Shown piece after piece: positions 36,718-45,485 of a DNA stretch of 64,000 nucleotides; the first letter of the stretch is position 1, and every line of letters starts with the position of its first letter. The stretch lies in NCBI GenBank assembly GCA_020059485.1, contig JAGVCA010000039.1:3354-67353 (forward strand). Direction: 5' to 3'. The stretch comes from Anaerolineales bacterium. GTDB lineage: Bacteria; Chloroflexota; Anaerolineae; Anaerolineales; UBA11579. Made by a program: the position numbers and the translations under genes. The notes beneath the pieces are model-generated. The model worked only from the letters and a program-made list of their open reading frames with translations. It was not told the DNA's origin and made no database searches.

Positions 36718-37872
36718 TCATTTCAAAGGATAACGGCCGAGTTCTTGACCAGCCTTGAAAAATTCCAACATATTTTCAAGCGGGATATCGTTACCGAAAT
36801 TATGGGCCGGGGCGAGGATGTAACCACCGCCCTCTCCCATCTGCTCGATTCTGAGACGGACCTCACGGCGGACATCTTCGACGGAGCCATGGTTCAAAAC
36901 GTTCTTTATGTCCACCCCGCCCTGAAAGACCAGATCCTGGCCAAAATCTTTCTTTAGACCAACAGGATCCATCCCGGGCAAGTGGGCTTCGATCGGATTC
37001 AGGATCTCAAAACCGGCTTCGATCAGATCGGGGATGAAGCGCCGAACTGCTCCATCGCAGTGCAGCATGACCTTGGCATTAGGGGCCAACTTTTTAATCA
37101 TTTCAATCGTTTTCTTGTGACGGGGTTTGATGAACCGAGTGTACACTTCCGGGTTGAACATCGGACCATTGTTGGTGCCGAGGTCTTCGGCCAATTCAAC
37201 CACATCGATGTAAGGTCCGACCACACTCAGGAATTCATAATAAAAACCATCCAAAACTTCCGAGAGCTTACCGATCAGATAGTCAAAGATCTTTGTGTCG
37301 AGGATGGTCATCATCAAGGCATTTTCCATGCCGGCAAGCCATCGGGTTAGCTCCCACAAATTCCCATACACCGGGCGATGGGCGACAATCGAATACCCCG
37401 TGTTGAAGTACAGGTCTTCAACCTCGTCCTTCACCCCTTGCATCCGTTCGGGTCTGGTCGGGTCCGGCCAGGGGAATTTCTCGATCTTTTCGATCGTCAG
37501 GTCTTCTCCCAATGGCGATCCCGCCAGATCATAATATCCACCGATGATCCGATGATGTAAACCCCATTCATCGGTAAACTCTTCAAAAGGCCCAATCATC
37601 GAGTTGGAGATAAACCCTTCCGGAGGGCGGATATGAATGAAGCGAAAATCTGTTCCCAGATGATCAAGGATGGGATTGTAGTCCGGTGTGGTGTAGAAAC
37701 CCACCAGGGTTCGCCGCGGGATATCGGTAACACCGAAGTGGTCACGCAGCAGTTGATAACGTTGTTCGGTCAGATGGTTGGCAGACCCACCCAGCGTAAC
37801 TGGCACCCGGTCTGGCTCTTTATGATCCAGGGCCAAACGAACCCGCTGGCGCGGCGACATCTCCTCAGGCAT
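36718..37872 (-). CDS. URO-D family protein of the MtaA/CmuA-like methyltransferase type, not HemE
   Basis: 384 aa with RQRVRLALDHKEPDRVPV at the N-terminus and MLHCDGAVRRFIPDLIEAGFEILNPIE in the barrel core. It lacks the HemE WLMRQAGRY motif. Confidence 0.8.
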   Translation of the reverse strand: MPEEMSPRQRVRLALDHKEPDRVPVTLGGSANHLTEQRYQLLRDHFGVTDIPRRTLVGFYTTPDYNPILDHLGTDFRFIHIRPPEGFISNSMIGPFEEFTDEWGLHHRIIGGYYDLAGSPLGEDLTIEKIEKFPWPDPTRPERMQGVKDEVEDLYFNTGYSIVAHRPVYGNLWELTRWLAGMENALMMTILDTKIFDYLIGKLSEVLDGFYYEFLSVVGPYIDVVELAEDLGTNNGPMFNPEVYTRFIKPRHKKTIEMIKKLAPNAKVMLHCDGAVRRFIPDLIEAGFEILNPIEAHLPGMDPVGLKKDFGQDLVFQGGVDIKNVLNHGSVEDVRREVRLRIEQMGEGGGYILAPAHNFGNDIPLENMLEFFKAGQELGRYPLK

Positions 37873-37889
37873 GTGCGCTCTCCTTGTAA

Positions 37890-37903
37890 TTCACATACGT
37901 GAA
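37890..37903. promoter_or_regulatory. Operator-like palindrome 1 upstream of the URO-D/PTS cluster
   Basis: TTCACATACGTGAA is self-complementary at 12 of 14 positions and starts 18 nt upstream of the start codon at 37872. Confidence 0.55.
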
Positions 37904-37911
37904 CTGTAAAA

Positions 37912-37925
37912 ATCACATATGTGAA
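37912..37925. promoter_or_regulatory. Operator-like palindrome 2
   Basis: ATCACATATGTGAA has an inner 12 nt, TCACATATGTGA, that is a perfect palindrome. It repeats site 1 (TCACATAYGTGAAC) 22 bp further upstream. Confidence 0.55.
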
Positions 37926-38121
37926 CAATATAGCACAAATTTGAATGTGATGTCAAGTACGAATTCTCATGAGTTTTTTCTGGTGAGCTTCAGACCCGCC
38001 TCACGGGTCGCGGCAATACTGATCCAGACAGATATTTCTTCGAGACCAGGCACAGGGATGTGAGATCTATGTCAGATTTCCAGACCGTCACTCCACCGTC
38101 AGCATCGACTTCTGCAGCAGA

Positions 38122-38940
38122 CTAATTATCTCCAGGGCGGCTGATGATCTGAAGGTTGATCTGGCCCGAAACCGTCCTGATCGAGACAGAACCTTCTCCG
38201 GCACCACTCTGTGCTCGACAGCCGTCCACAGTTTGCTGAATATCCAGCCCGATACAGATCACCTCCCCGCTCGTGCTGGAGGCAGAAACGCTGGTATTGG
38301 CGCTGGGCGGCAAAATGACCCTGATTGGACCATGGTCTGCCTCCAGCCTGACGTCATTCTGATCCTGTTCAATGCCGGAATAAACCAGTGTTCCCATGAT
38401 TGTCGACATAGAAATCTGTCCGGTGAAGTGATCGACTTCGATGGCCCCATGCTCGGTGATCAGAATCAGATCGCCTGAACTGCGGGTGACGGTCATGTCG
38501 CCACGACCAGCCCACACGGTTGCTGATCCCGAGAAACCGTTGATCATGACCTGACCGGCGGATGCAAACAAGGAAAGGTCGGCGGAGAGATCATCAATGC
38601 TGACATCCGCGGCAAAAGTCCTGATCTCTAAATTGCTTCCAACGGGCACCTGGATCTGGACAACCTCGGCATCGTTTCCCCCATCCCTGACAATCTCGAC
38701 CTTATCTCCGTGTGCTTCGATCCGCAGCGCCTTTGGATCAGTTACCCAGGCACGGACGATCAATTCCTCCCCATCAGAAGGTGTGATATTCAAAGTGCCG
38801 GCATCGACCTGGACATAGATTGGAGTTGAAGGGGGAACCGGGATGGTGGTCTCGATAACCGACAGACTGACCGGCTGACCACCAGCACATCCGAGCAGAT
38901 GAATAAGCAAGATGAGGATCACCAATATTTTGGGGGACAT
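38122..38940 (-). CDS. Lipoprotein with a repetitive beta-strand (DUF4097-like, putative adhesin) domain
   Basis: 272 aa. Lipobox: LLIHLLGCAG. Repeated short motifs of the form G-x-(I/V)-x-(I/V) with alternating polar residues resemble DUF4097 proteins. Confidence 0.6.
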   Translation of the reverse strand: MSPKILVILILLIHLLGCAGGQPVSLSVIETTIPVPPSTPIYVQVDAGTLNITPSDGEELIVRAWVTDPKALRIEAHGDKVEIVRDGGNDAEVVQIQVPVGSNLEIRTFAADVSIDDLSADLSLFASAGQVMINGFSGSATVWAGRGDMTVTRSSGDLILITEHGAIEVDHFTGQISMSTIMGTLVYSGIEQDQNDVRLEADHGPIRVILPPSANTSVSASSTSGEVICIGLDIQQTVDGCRAQSGAGEGSVSIRTVSGQINLQIISRPGDN

Positions 38941-39076
38941 GTTGAGTTTATACCACTGATGTCAATGAAACAGAAACCGGGAAAGCTGTGAAATCACTGA
39001 TGGGACATCATCGCAACGCCAAATTGACCTGACTGCCTGGTGACTTGCGGCTGAAAACTACCTACTATCGACTCCT

Positions 39077-39526
39077 TCACTCCTCCCACAACTGGACGGT
39101 GAGCTGGATGTGGCCGAGGTGGGTGGCGGTGTGCTCCAGGGCATGCAGGATAGCCCAGCCAGTGGTGACGTGCATATCGTGCTGGGCGGAATGCCGAATG
39201 GTGTGCAGGTCATGCAGGGCGAGCTGCTCGAAGGCGTCCTGAAGGGTCTGGCGAGTGTCATCGAGAAGTTGAACCAGGTCGTGATTGCCCAGGCCAGAGA
39301 CCTTAAACTCATTTTCACGGATACGGTCCGAACTCCGGCCAGTGGCGATATCGGCCGCCCAGAAGCGCTCGGCGGCGCACAGGTGGGTGACCAGCACATT
39401 GATCGAATTGGTGTTGCCTGCCGGAACCCAGTCGAGGGCTTCTACGTCCAGCCCTTCGATGGCAACCAGGATCTGTTTGTGCAGATCGGTAAAACGGTCG
39501 TAACAATCGGCGTAATACTGCTCCAT
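39077..39526 (-). CDS. DinB_2-like (DinB superfamily) four-helix-bundle protein
   Basis: 149 aa with N-terminal FTDLHKQILVAIEGL, internal VTHLCAAERFW and C-terminal ALEHTATHLGHIQL, the His triad pattern of the DinB superfamily. Confidence 0.75.
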   Translation of the reverse strand: MEQYYADCYDRFTDLHKQILVAIEGLDVEALDWVPAGNTNSINVLVTHLCAAERFWAADIATGRSSDRIRENEFKVSGLGNHDLVQLLDDTRQTLQDAFEQLALHDLHTIRHSAQHDMHVTTGWAILHALEHTATHLGHIQLTVQLWEE

Positions 39527-39542
39527 ATGCGCCTCCTTTCGG

Positions 39543-40046
39543 TCAAGCGGAACGCAGGTAAGTGATGAAATCGATGCTGCCGGGGGAATGGCCCAGGTCG
39601 GTCAGGATGATGGCGGCCTCAGCGCGGTGCTGCATCCCGTGAAAGGCAAGCTGGGTAAAAACGTCAATAAACGTATTTTCAAATTCAGCCTCGTCGGCGC
39701 GTGCGTAGCGAACCGCCTGGTGCAATTGCTCCTCGCTGAGCGCGGAGATGAAGGCGCGCATCCTCAATTCGAGGTCAAACCACTCGCCATACAAGGTTTT
39801 GGTATCGGGATAGCGGGTGGGAGAATACTTTTCGCGCATCTCGCGGGAAGTGCGCGGCTTGCCCTGCATGCGGTCGAGCCAGAGTGCTTCGCCAAACATG
39901 ATATGACAGAGAATGTCCCGCAGGCTGTTCTGGCTGCCGGGGGTGTCGCGGGTAAACTCGGCTGTCTTGCATTTCTCAGTGTATTTCATGATCAGGCCAT
40001 TGGCCCAATAGTTAAAATCCATCAATTGCAGAATGTATGCTTGCAT
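39543..40046 (-). CDS. DinB family protein
   Basis: 167 aa with LMDFNYWANGLIMKY ... ILCHIMFGEALW ... LAFHGMQHRAEAAIIL, typical of DinB. Confidence 0.8.
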   Translation of the reverse strand: MQAYILQLMDFNYWANGLIMKYTEKCKTAEFTRDTPGSQNSLRDILCHIMFGEALWLDRMQGKPRTSREMREKYSPTRYPDTKTLYGEWFDLELRMRAFISALSEEQLHQAVRYARADEAEFENTFIDVFTQLAFHGMQHRAEAAIILTDLGHSPGSIDFITYLRSA

Positions 40047-40053
40047 GCGGTCC

Positions 40054-40695
40054 TCACATATTTAGGAAAGGATTATAGGCGCGTTCACGCCCGACGGTAG
40101 TTTCCGGTCCGTGCCCGTTCAGCAGGCGGGTGTCATCCGGCAGGGACAGTACCTGATGACGGATGCTGTCCATCAAGGTCCCATAACTGCCGCCAGGCAG
40201 GTCGGTGCGCCCAATACTGCCCTGGAAGATGACATCCCCGCAAAACAGCACGTCGGCGGTATCGCAGTAGAACATGACATGGCCAGGAGTATGTCCCGGA
40301 GCATGTCGGACCTCGAATTTGGTCTGGCCGAGGATCAGAAGTTGTCCATCGGTCAGGTCGATCGATGGGCGCGGGCCGGTGTCAACACCTTCGATGCCAA
40401 ACAGCGGCGCGCCACCCTGCAGCTCCCAGAGCGGCAGGTCCGCGGCATGCAGGGCAACAGGCGGCTCACCTGGCAAGCCGGCAACTAGCGCGCCAACCCC
40501 GCCGATATGGTCGAAATGGGCGTGTGTCAGCCAGACAGCCTGGCAGCGCCAGCCGTTCTCGGTGATGATCCGGGCCAGGCGAGCGCCTTCAAAGCCGGGG
40601 TCGATCACCACAGTAGTACCGCTCTCTTCTTCGACAACGATGTATGCATTTGTCATAGTCATCCCGAGGGGATAACCGCTGATCTTCAGAGACAT
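40054..40695 (-). CDS. MBL-fold metallohydrolase (glyoxalase II-like)
   Basis: 213 aa with WLTHAHFDHIGG (HxHxDH), a later HTPGH and GDVIFQGSIGRTD. Confidence 0.9.
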   Translation of the reverse strand: MSLKISGYPLGMTMTNAYIVVEEESGTTVVIDPGFEGARLARIITENGWRCQAVWLTHAHFDHIGGVGALVAGLPGEPPVALHAADLPLWELQGGAPLFGIEGVDTGPRPSIDLTDGQLLILGQTKFEVRHAPGHTPGHVMFYCDTADVLFCGDVIFQGSIGRTDLPGGSYGTLMDSIRHQVLSLPDDTRLLNGHGPETTVGRERAYNPFLNM

Positions 40696-40787
40696 CCGGA
40701 GCCTTTCGGTTCTAACGATTTCGCAAGGGTAATTATACTTTGTCTCGAACTAAAAGCATGTTAAACTTGGTTAGCAAAGGAGAGAGA

Positions 40788-42176
40788 ATGTCGCAATACA
40801 AGCCAGAACCTTTCCGCATCAAAATGGTCGAGCCAATCCGGCTGATCTCCAGAGAAGAGCGAAAAAAAGCATTGGTCGAAGCGGGATTTAATGTCTTTGG
40901 GCTGCGGTCTGAGGATGTGTATATCGACCTGATGACCGACTCAGGCACTTCGGCAATGAGCCAGGCGCAGTGGGCGGCGATGATGATGGGGGATGAGTCG
41001 TATGCCGGTGCGCGGTCGTATTACCGCCTCAAAGCGGTGATGGATGAGATCTTTGGTTTCAAGTTCTTTGTCCCCACCCACCAGGGGCGGGCAGCAGAGA
41101 ACATCCTAGCAGCGCTGCTGGTACGGCCAGGGCAATATGTGCCCTCCAACATGCACTTCGACACCACCGAAGGCAATATCCGCGCCCGGGGAGGGCGTCC
41201 GGTTAACCTGATCATTGACGAAGCCTACGATCCGGCCACCCGGGTGGACTTCAAAGGCAATATGGATATTGCCAAACTGCGCAATTTCATCCAGGAAAAG
41301 GGAGCGGATAACATCCCACTGGGGATGATCACGATCACCAATAATGCCGGGGGGGGACAGCCGGTCTCGATGGAGAACCTGCGGCAGGTGGCAGATACCT
41401 ACCGTGAATTCGGAATCCCCTTTTTCATTGATGCCTGCCGGTTTGCCGAAAACGCCTATTTCATCAAGCTGCGCGAACCGGGTTTTGAGAACGATTCTCC
41501 GCTGGAGATCGCCCAGAAGATCTTTTCGTTGGCAGACGGCGCGACGATGAGCGCCAAGAAGGATGGGATCGTCAATATTGGCGGTTTCCTGGCGTTGAAC
41601 GACGAAACGCTGTTCCAATCTGTCCGCAATGAGCTGATCATGCGGGAAGGCTTCCCGACCTACGGCGGGTTGGCGGGGCGGGACCTGGATGCGATGGCGG
41701 TCGGCTTTAAGGAAGCGCTGGAAGTGCCTTATCTGGAATACCGGCTGGCTCAGACGGCCTATCTGGGCGAAAACTTGCTGGAGAACGGCATCCAGATCAT
41801 CGAACCGCCAGGCGCGCATGCCATCTATCTGGATGCGATGAAACTTCTGCCCCAGATCCCCCAGAAAGAACTGCCCGGCCAGGCACTCTCCCTGGCGCTG
41901 TACCTGGAAGGCGGCATTCGAGCCGTGGAACTGGGCACAGTGGCCTTTGGGTATGTCGACCCGGAAACCGGGAAGGAAATCCTGCCGAAACTCGATCTGG
42001 TGCGGATGGCTATACCCCGCCGGGTATACACCCAAAGCCATATGGATTATGTGGTTGAGGTGGCAGCCCGGATCGCCAGCCAGGCTGAAAGCATGAAAGG
42101 CTACCGGATCGTTTATCAACCGAAGCTACTGCGACATTTCACAGCCCGCTTTGAACCGGTCAATGAAAGAGGATGA
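40788..42176 (+). CDS. Beta-eliminating lyase (tryptophanase / tyrosine phenol-lyase family)
   Basis: The ATG at 40788 follows AAAGGAGAG. MSQYKPEPFRIKMVEPIRLISREERKKALVEAGFNVFGLRSEDVYIDLMTDSGTSAMS ... PTHQGRAAENIL ... MSAKKDG (PLP Lys) closely follows the TnaA/TPL N-terminal consensus. Confidence 0.9.
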   Translation: MSQYKPEPFRIKMVEPIRLISREERKKALVEAGFNVFGLRSEDVYIDLMTDSGTSAMSQAQWAAMMMGDESYAGARSYYRLKAVMDEIFGFKFFVPTHQGRAAENILAALLVRPGQYVPSNMHFDTTEGNIRARGGRPVNLIIDEAYDPATRVDFKGNMDIAKLRNFIQEKGADNIPLGMITITNNAGGGQPVSMENLRQVADTYREFGIPFFIDACRFAENAYFIKLREPGFENDSPLEIAQKIFSLADGATMSAKKDGIVNIGGFLALNDETLFQSVRNELIMREGFPTYGGLAGRDLDAMAVGFKEALEVPYLEYRLAQTAYLGENLLENGIQIIEPPGAHAIYLDAMKLLPQIPQKELPGQALSLALYLEGGIRAVELGTVAFGYVDPETGKEILPKLDLVRMAIPRRVYTQSHMDYVVEVAARIASQAESMKGYRIVYQPKLLRHFTARFEPVNERG

Positions 42177-43021
42177 CGATGGTAGATCAGGCATATTATC
42201 AGGAGATCAAACAATTCCAGAAGCAGCTCGATGAACAGTTGCAGCAAAGTGACAGCTGGCTGACACTGGCCGGCTTGTACTGGCTCAAGGAGGGTAAAAA
42301 CACGGTCGGCGCCAGCCCAGAGATGGATGTTGCGCTCCCGGAAGGTACCGGCCCGGCCAGGGCGGGTGTGATCGAGCTATCCGAAAAGAAGGTGACCTTC
42401 ACGCCGGCCGCCGAGGCTGGTGTGATGTCTGGCGGAGCGCCGGTGGTTGGAAAAATCGAACTGGAATCGGACCTGAACCGGAACCAAACCACCCTGGAGA
42501 TCGGTAAGGTCAGTTTTTATCTGATTATCCGGGGGAGCCGCTTCGGCATCCGAGTGAAGCACGAGGAAAACCCGATCAGGCTGAAGTTCGAAGGGCGAGT
42601 ATGGTGGCCGGTCGATGACAACCGCAGAGTTACCGCCAAGATCCATTGGTACGAACCCCAGAAAATGGTCGATATCCCGGATGTCCTCGGCGATGTGACC
42701 AAGACCGCAATGGACTGCGCCCTGGAGTTCACTATCGATGGCCGGCCGTATAAGCTGGACGCCTATGGTCTACCCAGCGGCCAGTTCTACATCCTGTTCC
42801 ATGACCTGAGCTGTCACAATGGCAGTTATCCTGCCGGGCGGTTCATGGTGACTGAATATCCGGATGAGGATACAGTCGTGATCGATTTCAACAAGGCGCA
42901 CAATCCGCCTTGTGCGTTTACCCCATATGCCACCTGCCCGCTGCCTCCGGATCAAAACTACATGAGTGTCGCGATCCAGGCAGGCGAGCGATACAAACCT
43001 CTGGATGGAGCCGGCCACTAA
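42173..43021 (+). CDS. DUF1684 domain protein
   Basis: 282 aa with YWLKEGKNTVG ... GSYPAGRFMV ... DFNKAHNPPCAFTPYATCPLPPDQN, typical of DUF1684. Its start overlaps the lyase stop (ATGA). Confidence 0.85.
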   Translation: MTMVDQAYYQEIKQFQKQLDEQLQQSDSWLTLAGLYWLKEGKNTVGASPEMDVALPEGTGPARAGVIELSEKKVTFTPAAEAGVMSGGAPVVGKIELESDLNRNQTTLEIGKVSFYLIIRGSRFGIRVKHEENPIRLKFEGRVWWPVDDNRRVTAKIHWYEPQKMVDIPDVLGDVTKTAMDCALEFTIDGRPYKLDAYGLPSGQFYILFHDLSCHNGSYPAGRFMVTEYPDEDTVVIDFNKAHNPPCAFTPYATCPLPPDQNYMSVAIQAGERYKPLDGAGH

Positions 43022-43024
43022 AAG

Positions 43025-45334
43025 ATGAAGGCCAGCCGCCGCGACCTGATCTCGATCACACTGAGCCTGGTAGTGGTAGCAGTTTACCTGGTGTTGTTCC
43101 AGACGTCCCCGTCCGAGATGCCGGACCTGACACATTGGGCGCTGTTCGTGCTCCTGCTGGCGTATACCACCACCTACGGCATCCCTAGCGGGGTGGGCGA
43201 AGTCTCTCTGGTGCCAATGGTCTCGGTCAGCGCGATCCTGGTGATGGGAACGATCCCGACGGCGGCCGCGATCCTGACAGCTGACTTGTTTTACGGGTAT
43301 TACCGCTGGCGCTGGCCCGAACGAGCAAACTGGCAGCAGCAGGATGAGGGATACTCTCTGCTAGCGACCACGACTGCCAATATTGCCATGCACCTGCTAA
43401 GCACCCTGGCAGCTGGCACGTTCTACTATTATTCTGGCGGGCAGTTGGTGGATATGTCTGCAGGGACGATCCTGATCCTGGCTGCAACCTGCCTGATCTA
43501 TATTCTGACCAATTATCTTATGGCGGCTTTTTTCCTGCTGCTGCGCAGCCGGGCGCATGTCCGTTACCTGCTGGAAAATCTGCGCACCATGCTGACCTAC
43601 GAGATGATCCCACTGGTCTTCGCCCCACTGGGGGCTTCGATACTAACCAGGATGGGGTTGCTGTCCTTCTCGATTTTCTCGCTAAGCCTGCTGATCTCCT
43701 CGATGATATTGAAAAACCAGGCCAGGGACCAGCACAACCTGAAACGGCATATCCAGGAACTTGGCAGCCTGCAGTCGGTGGGTGAATCGCTGGCCGCCAA
43801 CCTGAACGAGGACCAGATCGCGGTAGCGATCTATCGGGAAGTCTCCAAATTAATGCCGGCTGATAACTTTTATCTGGCACTGTACAATCCTGAAACCGAA
43901 GAGATCGACTTCCGGGTGATGTACGAGCATAACCGCAAATTGCCGCGTACGATCCGGTCCTTCCGAGATGGCCTGACCGAGTACGTGATCCGTACTAAAA
44001 AGCCGCTGCTGATCAAGAAAAATGTGAGGGGGTGGGTAGAAGCGCGCGGGATCACCCACTACGGGCAGGAAGCGCTCTCGTGGATGGGCGTACCGCTGGT
44101 GGCCGCATCCGGCACCCTCGGCATGATCGCCGTGCAGGCTTATCCGCTGGCAGGCGCATTACCCAAACCATTAAACGAACTCGATCTGCAGATCCTGCAG
44201 ATGATCGCCGCGCAGAGCGCGGTTGCGATCCATAATGCCAGGCTGTACGCACAGACCGACCAGGCTTTGACCCAACGCGTGCAAGAGTTGAACTCGATCC
44301 TGAATACGACCGCAGAAGGGATCGCGCTGCTGACTCCCGAACTGGAGGTAGTGGAGGTCAACCGGGCATTGTGTCAAATGCTGGACACCTCCCCCGCCGA
44401 ACTGAAAGGCAAACGCACGCGGGAAAGCGACGAGCCGCGGTTGCTGCAGCTTGATCCCGGTAAGGAAGCCATCCAGGCGATCCAGAGCGGGGAAACAGAA
44501 ATCCACGAGAGTGAGATCGTCCTGACCGGTGTGCGGTCGATACCCGCAATGCGTACGATCTCTCCGGTGCGAGACCTGGATGGCGGGATCACCGGCTGGC
44601 TGCTAGCCTTCCGGGATATGACCGAAGAACGGCAGCTGGCAGAGTTCCGAGAAGATCTGACCCGGATGCTGGTCCATGACCTGCGCTCACCGATCGTCTC
44701 GATCCAGGGCGGGCTGGATATGATCGAGTTCCTATTGGAGGACGGTTCGAAATCTGAACTGCTTGAGATGCTGAACATTTCCCGCAAAGGCAGCGTGCAA
44801 ATCCTGGGGATGATCAACGAGTTGCTGAATCTGAACAGACTCGAGACCGGCAAAATGATCCTGCAGCCTGAACCGCTGGATATCCCGGCCGTCTTTCAGG
44901 AAGAGCTGATCTACCTGCAGCCGATCATTCTCCAGTCGCGGATCTCTATGTGTGAGGAATTCCCGCGTGATCTGCCAATCGTGCATGCGGATGGCAGCCT
45001 GCTGAAGCGGGTAATCCACAACTTGCTGGATAATGCCATCAAGTTTACGCCCGATGGAGGCAGCGTACGGGTGTGGGGTATGCGTGATCCGATCCGGACA
45101 GGGCATGTGCTGGTGGGCGTGGAAGATACCGGGCCCGGGGTGCCGCCTGACCGGCTGGAGGAGATGTTTGCCAAGTATTACTCCAAGCAGGAAGGCCCAA
45201 GCCGGCGCAAAGGGACTGGCCTGGGACTGCATTTCAGCAAGCTGGCGATCGAAGCCCACCAAGGGGAGATCTGGGCGGAGAGTGAGATTGGCAGCGGGTG
45301 CCATTTGATTATCCGGCTGCCGATCCAGCAGTAA
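43025..45334 (+). CDS. Sensor histidine kinase (polytopic N-terminal domain, GAF, PAS, HisKA, HATPase)
   Basis: 769 aa with about 7 TM helices. It has a GAF-like region (LSWMGVPLVAASGTLGMIAVQAY), the H-box HDLRSPIVSI, the N-box LLDNAIKFT and the G-box GTGLGLHFSK. Confidence 0.9.
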   Translation: MKASRRDLISITLSLVVVAVYLVLFQTSPSEMPDLTHWALFVLLLAYTTTYGIPSGVGEVSLVPMVSVSAILVMGTIPTAAAILTADLFYGYYRWRWPERANWQQQDEGYSLLATTTANIAMHLLSTLAAGTFYYYSGGQLVDMSAGTILILAATCLIYILTNYLMAAFFLLLRSRAHVRYLLENLRTMLTYEMIPLVFAPLGASILTRMGLLSFSIFSLSLLISSMILKNQARDQHNLKRHIQELGSLQSVGESLAANLNEDQIAVAIYREVSKLMPADNFYLALYNPETEEIDFRVMYEHNRKLPRTIRSFRDGLTEYVIRTKKPLLIKKNVRGWVEARGITHYGQEALSWMGVPLVAASGTLGMIAVQAYPLAGALPKPLNELDLQILQMIAAQSAVAIHNARLYAQTDQALTQRVQELNSILNTTAEGIALLTPELEVVEVNRALCQMLDTSPAELKGKRTRESDEPRLLQLDPGKEAIQAIQSGETEIHESEIVLTGVRSIPAMRTISPVRDLDGGITGWLLAFRDMTEERQLAEFREDLTRMLVHDLRSPIVSIQGGLDMIEFLLEDGSKSELLEMLNISRKGSVQILGMINELLNLNRLETGKMILQPEPLDIPAVFQEELIYLQPIILQSRISMCEEFPRDLPIVHADGSLLKRVIHNLLDNAIKFTPDGGSVRVWGMRDPIRTGHVLVGVEDTGPGVPPDRLEEMFAKYYSKQEGPSRRKGTGLGLHFSKLAIEAHQGEIWAESEIGSGCHLIIRLPIQQ

Positions 45335-45485
45335 AAAAGCTCTCTGGACGACAAAACTTGCTGCCTGAGTTCAAGAGGATCAAGCGTTTACAGCCTGCAG
45401 ATTGCTTCAGTTAGCCGCCAAGTTAACGGACACCGCCGCAATGGCTAACCGTGGGACCCTGAAAAAACGCCTGCCTTGACCTTCT

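Noticed and set aside
41106-42119. 337-aa minus-strand ORF
   Set aside because: It is antisense to the beta-eliminating lyase gene, which matches the TnaA/TPL consensus from its first residues.
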